A DNA stretch of 64,000 bases, from assembly GCA_002269645.1 (NCBI GenBank), contig NIVC01000546.1, positions 248,001-312,000 of the forward strand, written 5' to 3'. This document shows positions 52,816 through 64,000 of the stretch, piece by piece (position 1 is the first letter of the stretch; each line of letters begins with the position of its first letter). The notes below the pieces were generated by a model that was not told where the DNA came from, searched no databases, and was given only the letters and a program-made list of their open reading frames with translations. The translations under genes and the position numbers were made by a program. Origin of the DNA: Macrostomum lignano (lineage: Eukaryota).

Positions 52816-53539
52816 CGAGCTTTTCCCGCAGGGTTTTTACAGCCGGAATTTCAAGTCAAATCCAATCGCATTTGAAATCTAGTCTAGTCTAGTTCTAATC
52901 TAGTCTAGTTCTAATCTAGTCTAGTTTTCAATCTAGTCTAGTTTTCAATCTAGTCTAGTTTTCAATCTAGTCTAGTTTTCAATCTAGTCTAGTTTTCAAT
53001 CTAGTCTAGTTTTCAATCTAGTCTAGTTTTCAATCTAGTCTAGTTTTCAATCTAGTCTAGTTTTCAATCTAGTCTAGTTTTCAATCTAGTCTAGTTTTCA
53101 ATCTAGTCTAGTTTTCAATCTAGTCTAGTTTTCAATCTAGTCTAGTTTTCAATCTAGTCTAGTTTTCAATCTAGTCTAGTTTTCAATCTAGTCTAGTTTT
53201 CAATCTAGTCTAGTTTTCAATCTAGTCTAGTTTTCAATCTAGTCTAGTTTTCAATCTAGTCTAGTTTTCAATCTAGTCTAGTTTTCAATCTAGTCTAGTT
53301 TTCAATCTAGTCTAGTTTTCAATCTAGTCTAGTTTTCAATCTAGTCTAGTTTTCAATCTAGTCTAGTTTTTAATCTAGTCTAGTTTTTAATCTAGTCTAG
53401 TTTATGTCTAGCCTAATCTAGTCTAGTCTAGTCTAGTCTAGGCTAGTTCTAATCTAGTCCAGCACTGTCTATAGACTGGATTTGACTTGAAATTCCGATT
53501 GTAAAAACCCTGCGGGCAAACCTCCTGCGGAAAAGCTCG
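52816..53539. mobile_element. Inverted-repeat-bounded element enclosing a 17-bp (TCTAGTCTAGTTTTCAA)n array
   Basis: Arms 52825-52864 and 53477-53516 are reverse complements at 38/40 positions; the array spans 52878-53460. Outer termini and TSD are not defined. Confidence 0.6.
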
Positions 53540-55389
53540 CCGCGGGAAAACCTCGCCGCGAGAACTTCCAACTTCCTGCTGGAAGTTCTCGTGCTCCCAA
53601 ACCAGCATGTCTCTACGGCACGCTCTCTCACCACCTCCACTGCCCTGCAATCTTGTTACGTAAAGGAAATTGCTACTAATCTTACTATACATGTCGGCAG
53701 TTGACCGAATCAACTCTAAAGTATGAATCAATGAGATTAGGGTATTAATCCGGGATAAAGACCACTATAGAAAGGCATTGTCTTTTAAAACAACTATTTA
53801 TTTGTTATATGTTACTTCTGTATTGAAGAGAAAAGATCAATACATCATCAATGGGAAAAACCAGCTTCCAAACTTTGAGGGAATCAGAAGATACAAAATT
53901 TAGGGAAAATGCACGCAAGCCCCCCTTTTGGCCTATGCAACAGCCTGTGCAACAGGGCTCAAACTCAATGAGTCGAAAGGAAAAGTTAACGGGGAGTGAA
54001 ATTTCTGATATAGGACAGGGCGATCTCAGGACAGCAATAATGGAATCGAGGCGTTCAACTCAAGCGGCTTGAGTAGGGGGCGACACTTCTATTTGCTCTC
54101 GAGATTCGCACCGGGCAAACTTTGTGAGCGCAAGCCGAAGATCGAGTCAGATAATGCAGCCGAGCGGAACCCAGCAACAGCATCATGGGAAACATTTCCG
54201 CTCGTAATCTCCTGATCTCATGCAGTTGCCTGGGGACTGTATGCTTCTCAAATTTCCTCTACAACTCGCCTGTGGAGAAGAGGCTACTGAGCGGCAGCTG
54301 AAAATCGAGCTCTTGAGCATTTGCACTTTTATGCCAGATCTACGATGGCACATTCAACTTCATGATGAGAGAGTTTCAATTTTCATGATGACTGTTTGCA
54401 ACAGTGCCTGATGATAACAAATGTGGGAGGCTGCGGAAGGCACCCTGGCGCAGTGCCTTTGCATGGCAACATCGCCTCCCAGAACCAACGCTACGGCAGT
54501 TCTGCCCGTTCCACAGCGCAAGACTTAGACGCGTTGACCGCTGAGGGCGCTGAGCTGCTGCTTCCACAACAGTGCCTCACAATTAGTTCTTCTGGAAAGT
54601 AGAAAATTGCAAGCAATTATAGCAGCAACCAAGTATAGTGTATGCTGAATTATAGATACAAGTACATGTAGGAGCCGAGTTATATCAACCACTAATTGTC
54701 AGTGTTGGAGCTTAGCATATGCAGAATGAGAGGCTGTTTTGAGAAATAATTGCACTCGTAAGTCCAAGTCGATCTTACCATTGCATGGACCAGAAATCAG
54801 TAAGTGCGAAGAACTGAGAAAAAATTAGAAAAATCGATTTTAGCAATAATAATAGAAACTCCTTTTGTATTTATACTAGTGTTAGTAGTATAGAATAGGG
54901 AGAACTATACAAACAACAATGAATTGGATTGAGAACAGACTGTTGTACTGTTGTACTAAAGCCCATGGACACTTGAAGCTGCAGGACCGCTTACTTATCG
55001 TATCGCTCTGGAGAAATCGGATTTTCCCGATCGAATTTGTCTATGGTAAAACCCCATTCAGTGCTGCGCGTTCTCTGGAGCTAACCACAGATTCTATATT
55101 ATCTCTGTGGTTCTGATACTTCAGCTGTCCATCATAACCAGGGCAGTTTAAATTTTTAAAACAAATTCGATCCTACCAACGAAGAGAAAAAAATTCTTTT
55201 GAAAATAAGAAAAAATGTATCTAGCACAAAAAACAACAGTTTTTTTAAATTTCGTTCCAATCGTTTGGCAAGAAGCAACTCGTCCCATCAATAAAATTTT
55301 ATAATATACTTGATCTCCGTACAGTTTTGGACAAAGAATTAACAAAAAATGAAAATATTTTAGGATCAATAAAGTTTCCGTGATTCGGT

Positions 55390-55625
55390 GCAGGATATGA
55401 TGAAGTCTCAGTGAATCGGTGAGGGGCTTGATGAAGTTTCGGTGAGGTGTTGCAGGATGTGATGAAGTTTCAGTGCATTAGTGCGGGGCGTGATAAAGTC
55501 TCGGTGAATTGATACAGGATGTAATAATGAAGTCTCTGTGAATTGGTGCAGAATGTGATGAAGTCTCAGTGAATCGGTGAGGGGCTTGATGAAGTTTCAG
55601 TGAGTTGGTGCGGGTCTTGATGTAC
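55390..55625. repeat. Degenerate ~31-bp repeat (GATGAAGTCTCAGTGAATCGGTGAGGGGCTT) downstream of the glutaminase
   Basis: Loose tandem repetition. Confidence 0.7.
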
Positions 55626-55833
55626 GATATATATTGAGCGATTTGATTCATACTTGGTGAGGGTGCAATAAATGATGTTGGTTAGTAACTAATAGTTATC
55701 CTTAATCTTATATTGATGCAGTCAGTGTCTATCTAAGCAGAAGGGTTAGGCTAGCTAAGCAGGTTCCATTAGTCAGGAAGGTGGCCTGTCTTCAACTTTG
55801 CCTGCCAAAAGTCGGGCGGCACTGAGTCTCCGG

Positions 55834-58008
55834 CTAGCCGTTGCTCTTCGCCGCGTCTCCAGCAGCTGCGGAAGATTCCCCTGCCGAGGACGGCTGCTGA
55901 GCCTCGAGCTTGTGCTCCCGGATTGTCATCTTCTTGCCGCGCAGGTCAGTCTGCGGCAGGTCCTTCGGCTGTGCGCTGATGCAGCCACCGGATTTGCGGA
56001 GAAACTGCGCCACGGCGCTGTGGCCGAACCGCTCCGCCTCGGCCAGAGGAGTGAAGCCCCAGCGGTCCTTCGGGTTGACGTTCACTTCGCAGACTTCTAT
56101 CAGGAATGTCACGGTCTCCAGGTGTCCTTCGGCTGAGGCCACATGGATGGCCGTTCGGCCGTCGTAATCGGCGATGTTCATGTCCGTGCCGCAGAGGAAT
56201 GCCCGTCTGGTGAAGGAGGACGGAGATACATTAGAATGTGTAGCGATTGTAGGCTGTCAGTCTGTAGGTCTTTGATGGGATAGAAATATCTCGGTGGTCT
56301 CGTGTTGGTGACGTCAGTTGCAATAGTTTGGGTTGTTTGTCGTTTTACTTTCCCATGGGGTTTTAGTGAATCGAAGTGAGAATATTGGTTAGAAATTTGG
56401 TCTAAGTACGTGTAAATATCGTGGCTTAACTTGTGAGTTCAGGCATCACATCAATATGGAGGAGGGTGCTGTTAAATTACCTCAGCGCCGCGATGTCGTC
56501 GTTGAAAGCACAGAACAGGATGGACACAACCACGTCGTTCTTCTGGCTCTCGTTGCTCCTCACAGTTCGTCTTGGGTCCATCTTGTCCTCCGAGTTTATC
56601 AGCGAGTCGTAGTTATGGAAGTTAAACTTTGACACGAGCTCCTCGCAGAACTTAATGCCCCGATAGGAGTTGCCCTGCTCGTCAAGCGACGGCGACCACA
56701 GAGCGATGCCCATCAGGTTGGGGATGACCAGCAGGATGACGCCCGATACGCCAGACTTTGCTGGCAGGCCGCACTTAAAAGCGAACTGGCCGCTGTAGTC
56801 GTACATTCCACAGCTGTACATTAGGGACAGCGTGTCCCGCACGGCTTCGGCGGTGAGCACCCGCTCGCCAGTCATCGGGCAGATGCCACCGTTGGCCAGG
56901 GTGCCGGCAATGACTGAGGCGGAGCTGCAGGTGACCTCCACGGAGCACAGCTGAAAGTAGAAGTCCAGCGTCTCCTTCAGATCAGTGCCAGGCGGGAAGC
57001 ACTTGTTCTCGTTCATGTAGTAAGCCAGGGCGAAGTTCCGATCTGCCGTGTCGCGCTCCGACAAGAAGGTGGGGTTGTTGAAGCCCAGGAACTCGCCTGG
57101 AAAAGTGAAAGTTGGATTGACAGTGTTAACGAGAATTCCAAGAGTCACGAATGACCTAATTTGGGATTTTCCTTATTGAGCAGAAAATACTTACCGCCCG
57201 CCATTCGCTTGTACTCGTGCGTCACCATGTCGAAGCGGTCGGCGAGCTTCCTGCTCCGCTGGAGGAGGCTGCACGTGACAATGGCGCCAGCATTGATCAT
57301 CGGATTGTGCGGAGTCAGCTTGTCGTTGAGCGCGATGGAGTTAAAGCTGATGCCGGACGGTTCGTAGCCGACTCTCTCGTGCACCTCGTCACAGCCGAGC
57401 TCCGTGAGGGCCAGGGCATAGTTGAGCGGCTTGCAGGTGGACTGCAGACAGAATGGGATCTTGTAGTCGCCGTGGTTGTACCGCTGCCCGTCGATAGTGC
57501 AGATGGACACGGCCCAGTACTCCGGGTCGAAGCGGGCGAGCTGCGGGATGTAGCTCGCCGGGGCGCCGTGGCGGTAGGCTCGGCACTTCTCGAAGATGGT
57601 CCGAATCTGGTGCGAGAACTCGTGAAACTGCGGCACCACGAAGTTGTTGTGCAGGATGGTCAGGAGCATTACGGCATTGTCGCGAACCACCTCTGTGAAG
57701 GTCTGCTTGTCCAGAAAGAAGCAGTTCTTGGCGTCCTCCTCCGATTGCACGTTGCGCTTCTGCAGGTTGCGGATGTTCTGGATGCACTCAAGGAGGCGCG
57801 GATCGTCCAGCAGGATGCCGGCGCCCTCGATGCTGCGAAAAATCCGCGTGATCGAAACCCGATTCTTGTTCGGCTCTTTCAGCGATTCGAAAGCGATCTC
57901 GCAGGCGTCGGCGGACTGCATCTCGCGGGAGCGGCGCTCCACTTCGTCGCGAAGTGTGCGAACGTCATCGGACGAGACGCTCGACCAGCGGCGGAGAGGA
58001 GTGTGCAT
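55834..58008 (-). CDS. GLS: Glutaminase (GLS/kidney-type family) with C-terminal ankyrin repeats, 600 aa, 3 coding exons
   Basis: Exons 58008-57195, 57096-56481, 56206-55834 with GT-AG sites and matching phases. Motifs: ASYIPQLAR, catalytic SxxK in [25 protein letters not shown]...[28 protein letters not shown]; ankyrin [24 protein letters not shown]. Confidence 0.95.
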
Positions 58009-59889
58009 CTGCGGCGGGGCGGGAGGAGCTTAGGCTGGATGAGGTTCAGAGGAGGCCCGCAAATTTCCAAGTCTACACTAAGTTTCTACAGTAAATGCGC
58101 AGGCAGCAAAGTTGTGGGGCCTGAACTGTCAGCAGTTTGATATGCAGCGTAAATTTTGGCGCAGGACCAAAGCAGGCAGCGTGAAGATTGTTATATTAGC
58201 AGTTTGTGCTAAGATCGCGCAGAGCTCTCGAATCAAGAAAAGAAGCCGTATGCACATTTAGCAAGCAGACTGCAGTACCGGCCTAGTCAAAGCCAAAGAT
58301 TTGTATCTGATAAGCCCAATTTTGAATTGATAGAGGCCGCTACGGGATTTTACACCAATTTTCGAGTTGACCCGAATTTTAAGTTCAAATTGGGATCCCA
58401 GGATTGAAAAGGTTTCTTATCTTGGTTGGTGCAATTTTTGCTTTACGAAGCCATCTAATCTGATTTTAAAGGGCTTCAATAATAAAGTAGTAGAACAGAG
58501 TAAGAGATTTTGCAAACAAGAAGCTGACAGTGAGCTCTGAATTGGAGTGCGATGTACGGGCTGGCGAAAGATGTGCTTTTTTACATGCCAGGATCAGCTC
58601 AGTAAAATCACATTTGATTGTGATGTAACCTGGGGAATGATAGGTTACAGAGCTATGGCCCGATGCACTGATACCAGGGCAGAAGGGAATCAGACCTCAC
58701 CCTCCCAGGGGCACCCGCCCTAGATGGAGAACTGGTAGCTTGGGTTGTGGTCTGATAGCAAGGTCCCACTGTTCTAATCTCAACTACGGCCAAGAAGTTT
58801 TGAAGGTAGGGACTGCTTAAAGTAGTTCTGCATTATTACACCTTAAAATCTTCTTACAATCTGCTAACAGCTTCTGTTTTGTATCCATGCAGTCCTATAG
58901 CCTACTACTCACTAGCCTACATGCTTATAAGATTTAATAAATCAAAGCAGGACAACTGGGTTATGATTTTCACCTAACAAGTAGCTCAGCTGCAGATACT
59001 ACTACTCGAGAATGAATGATTGAATTATTGCAAAGTGGGATCGGGGGATCCTGATGGTCAATCCGGGGATTGTCGAATCCCGGACGATTGTGATTCCGGG
59101 ATCCCGGGATTGTATTCCCTAGTCCCTATTATACAGTATCAGAATCAGATCAAGATCAGCAGCATAAGTGCGAGCACTCACTTAAAACTGATGTGTGTAT
59201 ATTAGAATTCGAGAAAGATAACAGGCCCAAGAACTGTTGGGTGTGTAATATCTCCTGCTTGCAGTCGGGTCGGGGGGTTCTACAGCAGTTGTGTCAACTT
59301 GTGTGGCGGGAGCCGTTGGCTTAGATATTATTCTACATAAACGCACAACGATTGGCTCAGTGGCGGAAATAGTTAAAAGAAGACCGGCGCTAGAAAGAAG
59401 AGAGAGAGAAGAGAAGAGAAGAGAGGGCAATAAAAAGGCTTTTTTGGGCAGTGCGCTACCCCCCTTTATTCACTCAGGGTGTACATCTGGGGTTCTTGTG
59501 TGTTCAGACCCTCAAATCGCTTCTTGCATTGTGCTGAACTGGGGTGGGGGGAGAGAGCTTTCGAGGGCCCCAGGGCTGGCGCGAAACAGCCTTACCTAGC
59601 CTTATCCACGATTCCACGAAGCCTTCGCTTCCTCGCTTCGTGAAGCAGCAGTAGAGCAGTGTAGTGGCAGTCATGTACAATAAAGTACATATAAATGAAT
59701 GTCATTTGTCAAAATTCAAATGGCTGCATTCAATTCTCCTACTGCAGCTGCAGCGCAAAAGTATTTTTCTCCTTCAATGCAAATTTTTAGGTTGCTTTAT
59801 TCGTTTTTTGTCTACTGATAGTAGCTTGATAAAGTACGAAGTATTCTGTATGAAAACTGTATGAAAACTTTATGACTGAATAACTGTAT

Positions 59890-62520
59890 GACCGTATGAA
59901 AACTGGATAAAGACTGGATGAAGGCTGGATGAAGACTGGATGAAGACCGGATGGATGGACTGGATAAAAACTGGATAAAGACCGGATGGATGAAGATTGG
60001 ATAAAGACTGGATGAAGGCTGGATGTAGAGTGGATGAAGACTGGATGGATGAAGAATGGATAAAGACTGGATAAAGACTGAATAAAGACTGGATAAAGAC
60101 AGGATGAAGACCGGATAAAGACTGGATAAAGACTGGATAAAGACTGGATGAAGACCGAATGGATGGACTGGATCAAAACTGGATAAAGACCGGATGGATG
60201 AAGACTGGATGAAGACTGGATGGATGAAGACTGGATAAAGACTGGATGAAAGCTGGATGTAGAGTGGATGAGGACTGGATGGATGAAGACTGGATAAAGA
60301 CTGGATGAAAGCTGGATGTAGAGTGGATGAGGACTGGATGGATTAAGACTGGATAAAGACTGGATGAAAGCTGGATGTAGAGTGGATGAGGACTGGGTGG
60401 ATGAAGACTGGATGAAGGCTGGATGAAGGCTGGATGAAGGCTGGATGAAGGCTGGATGAAGGCTGGATGAAGGCTGGATGAAGGCTGGATGAAGGCTGGA
60501 TAAAGACTGGATGAAGGCTGGATGAAGGCTGGATGAAGACTGGATGAAGGCTGGATGAAGACTGGATGGATGAAGACTGGATAAAGACCGGATGAAGGCT
60601 GGATGAAGGCTGGATGAAGGCTGGATAAAGACTGGATGAAGACTGGATGGATGAAGACTGGATAAAGACTGGATGGATGAAGACTGGATAAAGACTGGAT
60701 GAAGGCTGGATGAAGACTGGATAAAGACTGGATGAAGACTGGATGGATGAAGACTGGATGAAGACTGGATAAAGACCGGATGAAGACTGGATAAAGACTG
60801 GATGAAGACTGGATGAAGGCTGGATGAAGGCTGGATGAAGACTGGATAAAGACTGGATGAAGACTGGATGGATGAAGACTGGATAAAGACTGGATAAAGA
60901 CCGGATGAAGGCTGGATAAATACTGGATGAAGACTGGATGAAGACTGGATGAAGACTGGATGAAGACTGGATAAAGACCGGATAAATACTGGATAAAGAC
61001 CGGATGAAGACTGGATGAAGACTGGATGAAGACTGGATAAAGACCGGATGAAGACTGGATAAAGACTGGATGAAGACTGGATGAAGGCTGGATGAAGACT
61101 GGATGAAGACTGGATAAAGACTGGATGAAGACTGGATGAAGGCTGGATGAAGACTGGATAAAGACTGGATAAAGACTGGATGAAGGCTGGATGAAGGCTG
61201 GATGAAGGCTGGATGAAGGCTGGATGAAGGCTGGATGAAGGCTGGATGAAGGCTGGATGAAGGCTGGATGAAGGCTGGATGAAGGCTGGATGAAGGCTGG
61301 ATGAAGGCTGGATAAAGACTGGATGAAGGCTGGATAAAGACTGGATGAAGGCTGGATGAAGGCTGGATAAAGACTGGATGAAGGCTGGATGAAGGCTGGA
61401 TGAAGGCTGGATGAAGGCTGGATGAAGGCTGGATGAAGGCTGGATGAAGGCTGGATGAAGGCTGGATGAAGGCTGGATGAAGGCTGGATGAAGGCTGGAT
61501 GAAGGCTGGATGAAGGCTGGATGAAGGCTGGATGAAGGCTGGATAAAGACTGGATGAAGGCTGGATGAAGGCTGGATAAAGACTGGATGAAGGCTGGATG
61601 AAGGCTGGATGAAGACTGGATAAAGACTGGATGAAGACTGGATGGATGAAGACTGGATAAAGACTGGATAAAGACCGGATGAAGGCTGGATAAATACTGG
61701 ATGAAGACTGGATGAAGACTGGATGAAGACTGGATGAAGACTGGATAAAGACCGGATAAATACTGGATAAAGACCGGATGAAGACTGGATGAAGACTGGA
61801 TGAAGACTGGATAAAGACCGGATGAAGACTGGATAAAGACTGGATGAAGACTGGATGAAGGCTGGATGAAGACTGGATGAAGACTGGATAAAGACTGGAT
61901 GAAGACTGGATGAAGGCTGGATGAAGACTGGATAAAGACTGGATAAAGACTGGATGAAGGCTGGATGAAGGCTGGATGAAGGCTGGATGAAGGCTGGATG
62001 AAGGCTGGATGAAGGCTGGATGAAGGCTGGATGAAGGCTGGATGAAGGCTGGATGAAGGCTGGATGAAGGCTGGATGAAGGCTGGATAAAGACTGGATGA
62101 AGGCTGGATAAAGACTGGATGAAGGCTGGATGAAGGCTGGATAAAGACTGGATGAAGGCTGGATGAAGGCTGGATGAAGGCTGGATGAAGGCTGGATGAA
62201 GGCTGGATGAAGGCTGGATGAAGGCTGGATGAAGGCTGGATGAAGGCTGGATGAAGGCTGGATGAAGGCTGGATGAAGGCTGGATGAAGGCTGGATGAAG
62301 GCTGGATGAAGGCTGGATAAAGACTGGATGAAGGCTGGATGAAGGCTGGATAAAGACTGGATGAAGGCTGGATGAAGGCTGGATGAAGGCTGGATGAAGG
62401 CTGGATAAAGACTGGATGAAGGCTGGATAAAGACTGGATGAAGGCTGGATGAAGGCTGGATGAAGGCTGGATGAAGGCTGGATAAAGACTGGATGAAGGC
62501 TGGATGAAGGCTGGATGAAT
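59890..62520. repeat. 11-bp minisatellite (GGATGAAGGCT / GGATAAAGACT), ~2.6 kb
   Basis: Direct tandem repetition with a 774-bp internal duplication (60918 vs 61692). Confidence 0.97.
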
Positions 62521-63009
62521 ATGCCCACGAATTCCAAGTACGCCATGGCCGCACAGATTCAGTGTTGTAATAAAAAATTTTTTAAAATAGGTCATTTCGG
62601 TCAGTTGAACTTTGAGAGCAACAATTATAATCAGCGACTTGTCGGCGAATGAACGAACAGGCGGGACGGACCATGTGACGTGACTGGCCGAGATTAGGCG
62701 GCAACATATGGCGGCCTCCCCTTCCTGGCATTGCCTTTTTAATTTCAGCTTTTTGTCCCGCTTTGAAGCCTATTATATATAGGGCAGGAAATTTTGCAAC
62801 CTCCAGGTTGATCGGCAGTCTAGTTGAGAAGGAATTACCTGAACGGCATAGCGTGAAAATTTTGCTTGAGCTGTCAGTTTCGTTGCGCACGTCAGGAGTA
62901 GAAAACAGGGTTTTTGTTCTGCCAGCTCAATTCAGTCATGTGCCGAGTGAGTCAAGAGTGCAGCACCGACTTTTAGCGTTTCGGCATCTTTTTGTACAAA
63001 GACTGGGCA

Positions 63010-63325
63010 GAGACTGGATGAGAACTGGATAAGGACTTGATAAAGACTGGATGAAGAGTGGATAAAGACTGGGTAAAGACTGGATGAAGACTGGGTAAAG
63101 ACTGGATGAAGATTGGATGAAGACTGGATGAAGACTGGATGAAGACTGGATGAAGACTGGATAAAGACTGGATAAAATACTGTATGAAGACTGGATAAAG
63201 ACTGGATAAAGACCGGATGAAGACTGGATGAAGACTGGATAAAGACTGGATAAAGACCGGATAAATACTGGATAAAGACCGGATGAAGACTGGATGAAGA
63301 CTGGGTGAAGACTGGATAAAGAATC
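63010..63325. repeat. Second block of the same 11-bp minisatellite
   Basis: Same unit, separated from the main array by ~490 bp of unique sequence. Confidence 0.93.
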
Positions 63326-63784
63326 AATAAAGGCTAGATAGATGCACAAAGGATTGCATTGTACCAGTACAGTACATAGGCATGGAATATTCGTGTGGGA
63401 CTTGGCAAGACTTTTCTATTGGTTTTAAAACTGGCGAGGACAGAGCCAGCCCCCCATGCCCAATGGCAAGTGTCCAACCAACCGAAACGTTTAAAAATTG
63501 GTGGATAAATTTCCCCCGACCAAAAAACTGGGAATTCCAATCCCAGAAAAAATTGGACAGTCCCACCAGCTCAGCAATAATATTCCCAATGTCAGCGCCA
63601 TGGACTCTGAGACAGAGTCAGTTGGGATAATTTCTAATCGTCTGCAGAAATACGAGATGATTGAGTCCACTCGTGAGTAACCAAGACTCTGTGCTCCCAG
63701 CTGCTGCCTGTAGATCGGATGTTGCAGTTTGCGGAATTTTTGGTAGCTCATACAGTTCAGGCTATGGATGGGACCAGACACCAG

Positions 63785-64000
63785 ATACACTGGAATGCAG
63801 TGTGATTAGACTGTAGATTAGAGTGTGACTAGATGCGGATTAAAATAGTGAGACTAGATGCAGATTAGAGTGTGACTTGATGCATATTAGATATAGTGTG
63901 ACTAGACGCAGGCTAGAGTGTGACTAGATGCGATTAGAGTGTGACTAGATGCAGATTAGAGTGTGACTAGATGCAGATTAGAGTGTGACTAGACGCAGAT
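63785..64000. repeat. 22-bp minisatellite (GATTAGAGTGTGACTAGATGCA), runs off the window end
   Basis: Direct tandem repetition. Confidence 0.9.

Noticed and set aside
58807-59128. hAT-like MITE with TAGGGACT/AGTCCCTA ends
   Set aside because: Only an 8-bp match, and the flanks (TTTGAAGG vs TTATACAG) show no TSD.
59787-62595. Very long ORFs (750-919 aa) on the minus strand
   Set aside because: They are translations of an 11-bp minisatellite, open in all three frames, with no domain content.
63785-64000. Telomeric repeat
   Set aside because: TTAGAG occurs only once per 22-bp unit; it is not a (TTAGGG)n or (TTAGG)n tract.

Overview
This is eukaryotic (animal, probably invertebrate) genomic DNA with GT-AG introns and very high repeat content. 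Four spliced host genes can be assembled by hand, all on the minus strand. They are (1) a secreted/cell-surface 3xIg + FN3 adhesion-type protein (exons 20073 down to at least 3717, 3' end unresolved); (2) a CYP7/CYP8-clan-like cytochrome P450 (23974-22129, 527 aa); (3) an ASPG-type L-asparaginase/lysophospholipase with ankyrin repeats (48744-46083, 607 aa); and (4) a GLS-type glutaminase with ankyrin repeats (58008-55834, 600 aa). Mobile DNA includes a truncated PIF/Harbinger element with a CAG target duplication, a decayed Tc1/IS630-like remnant, two MITE-like elements and a CORE-SINE plus a related SINE head. About 20 unrelated micro- and minisatellite arrays are also present. The most unusual structure is a ~13.45 kb non-coding element (26634-40085) bounded by inverted termini and flanked on both sides by (GTCT)n. 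It carries a 10.6 kb higher-order satellite whose monomers each begin with a degenerate copy of the element's terminal motif. The other leading observations are the adjacent, co-oriented asparaginase-glutaminase pair and non-canonical catalytic or structural motifs in the P450 and the Ig domains. All calls come from manual reading and translation; no database searches were run.
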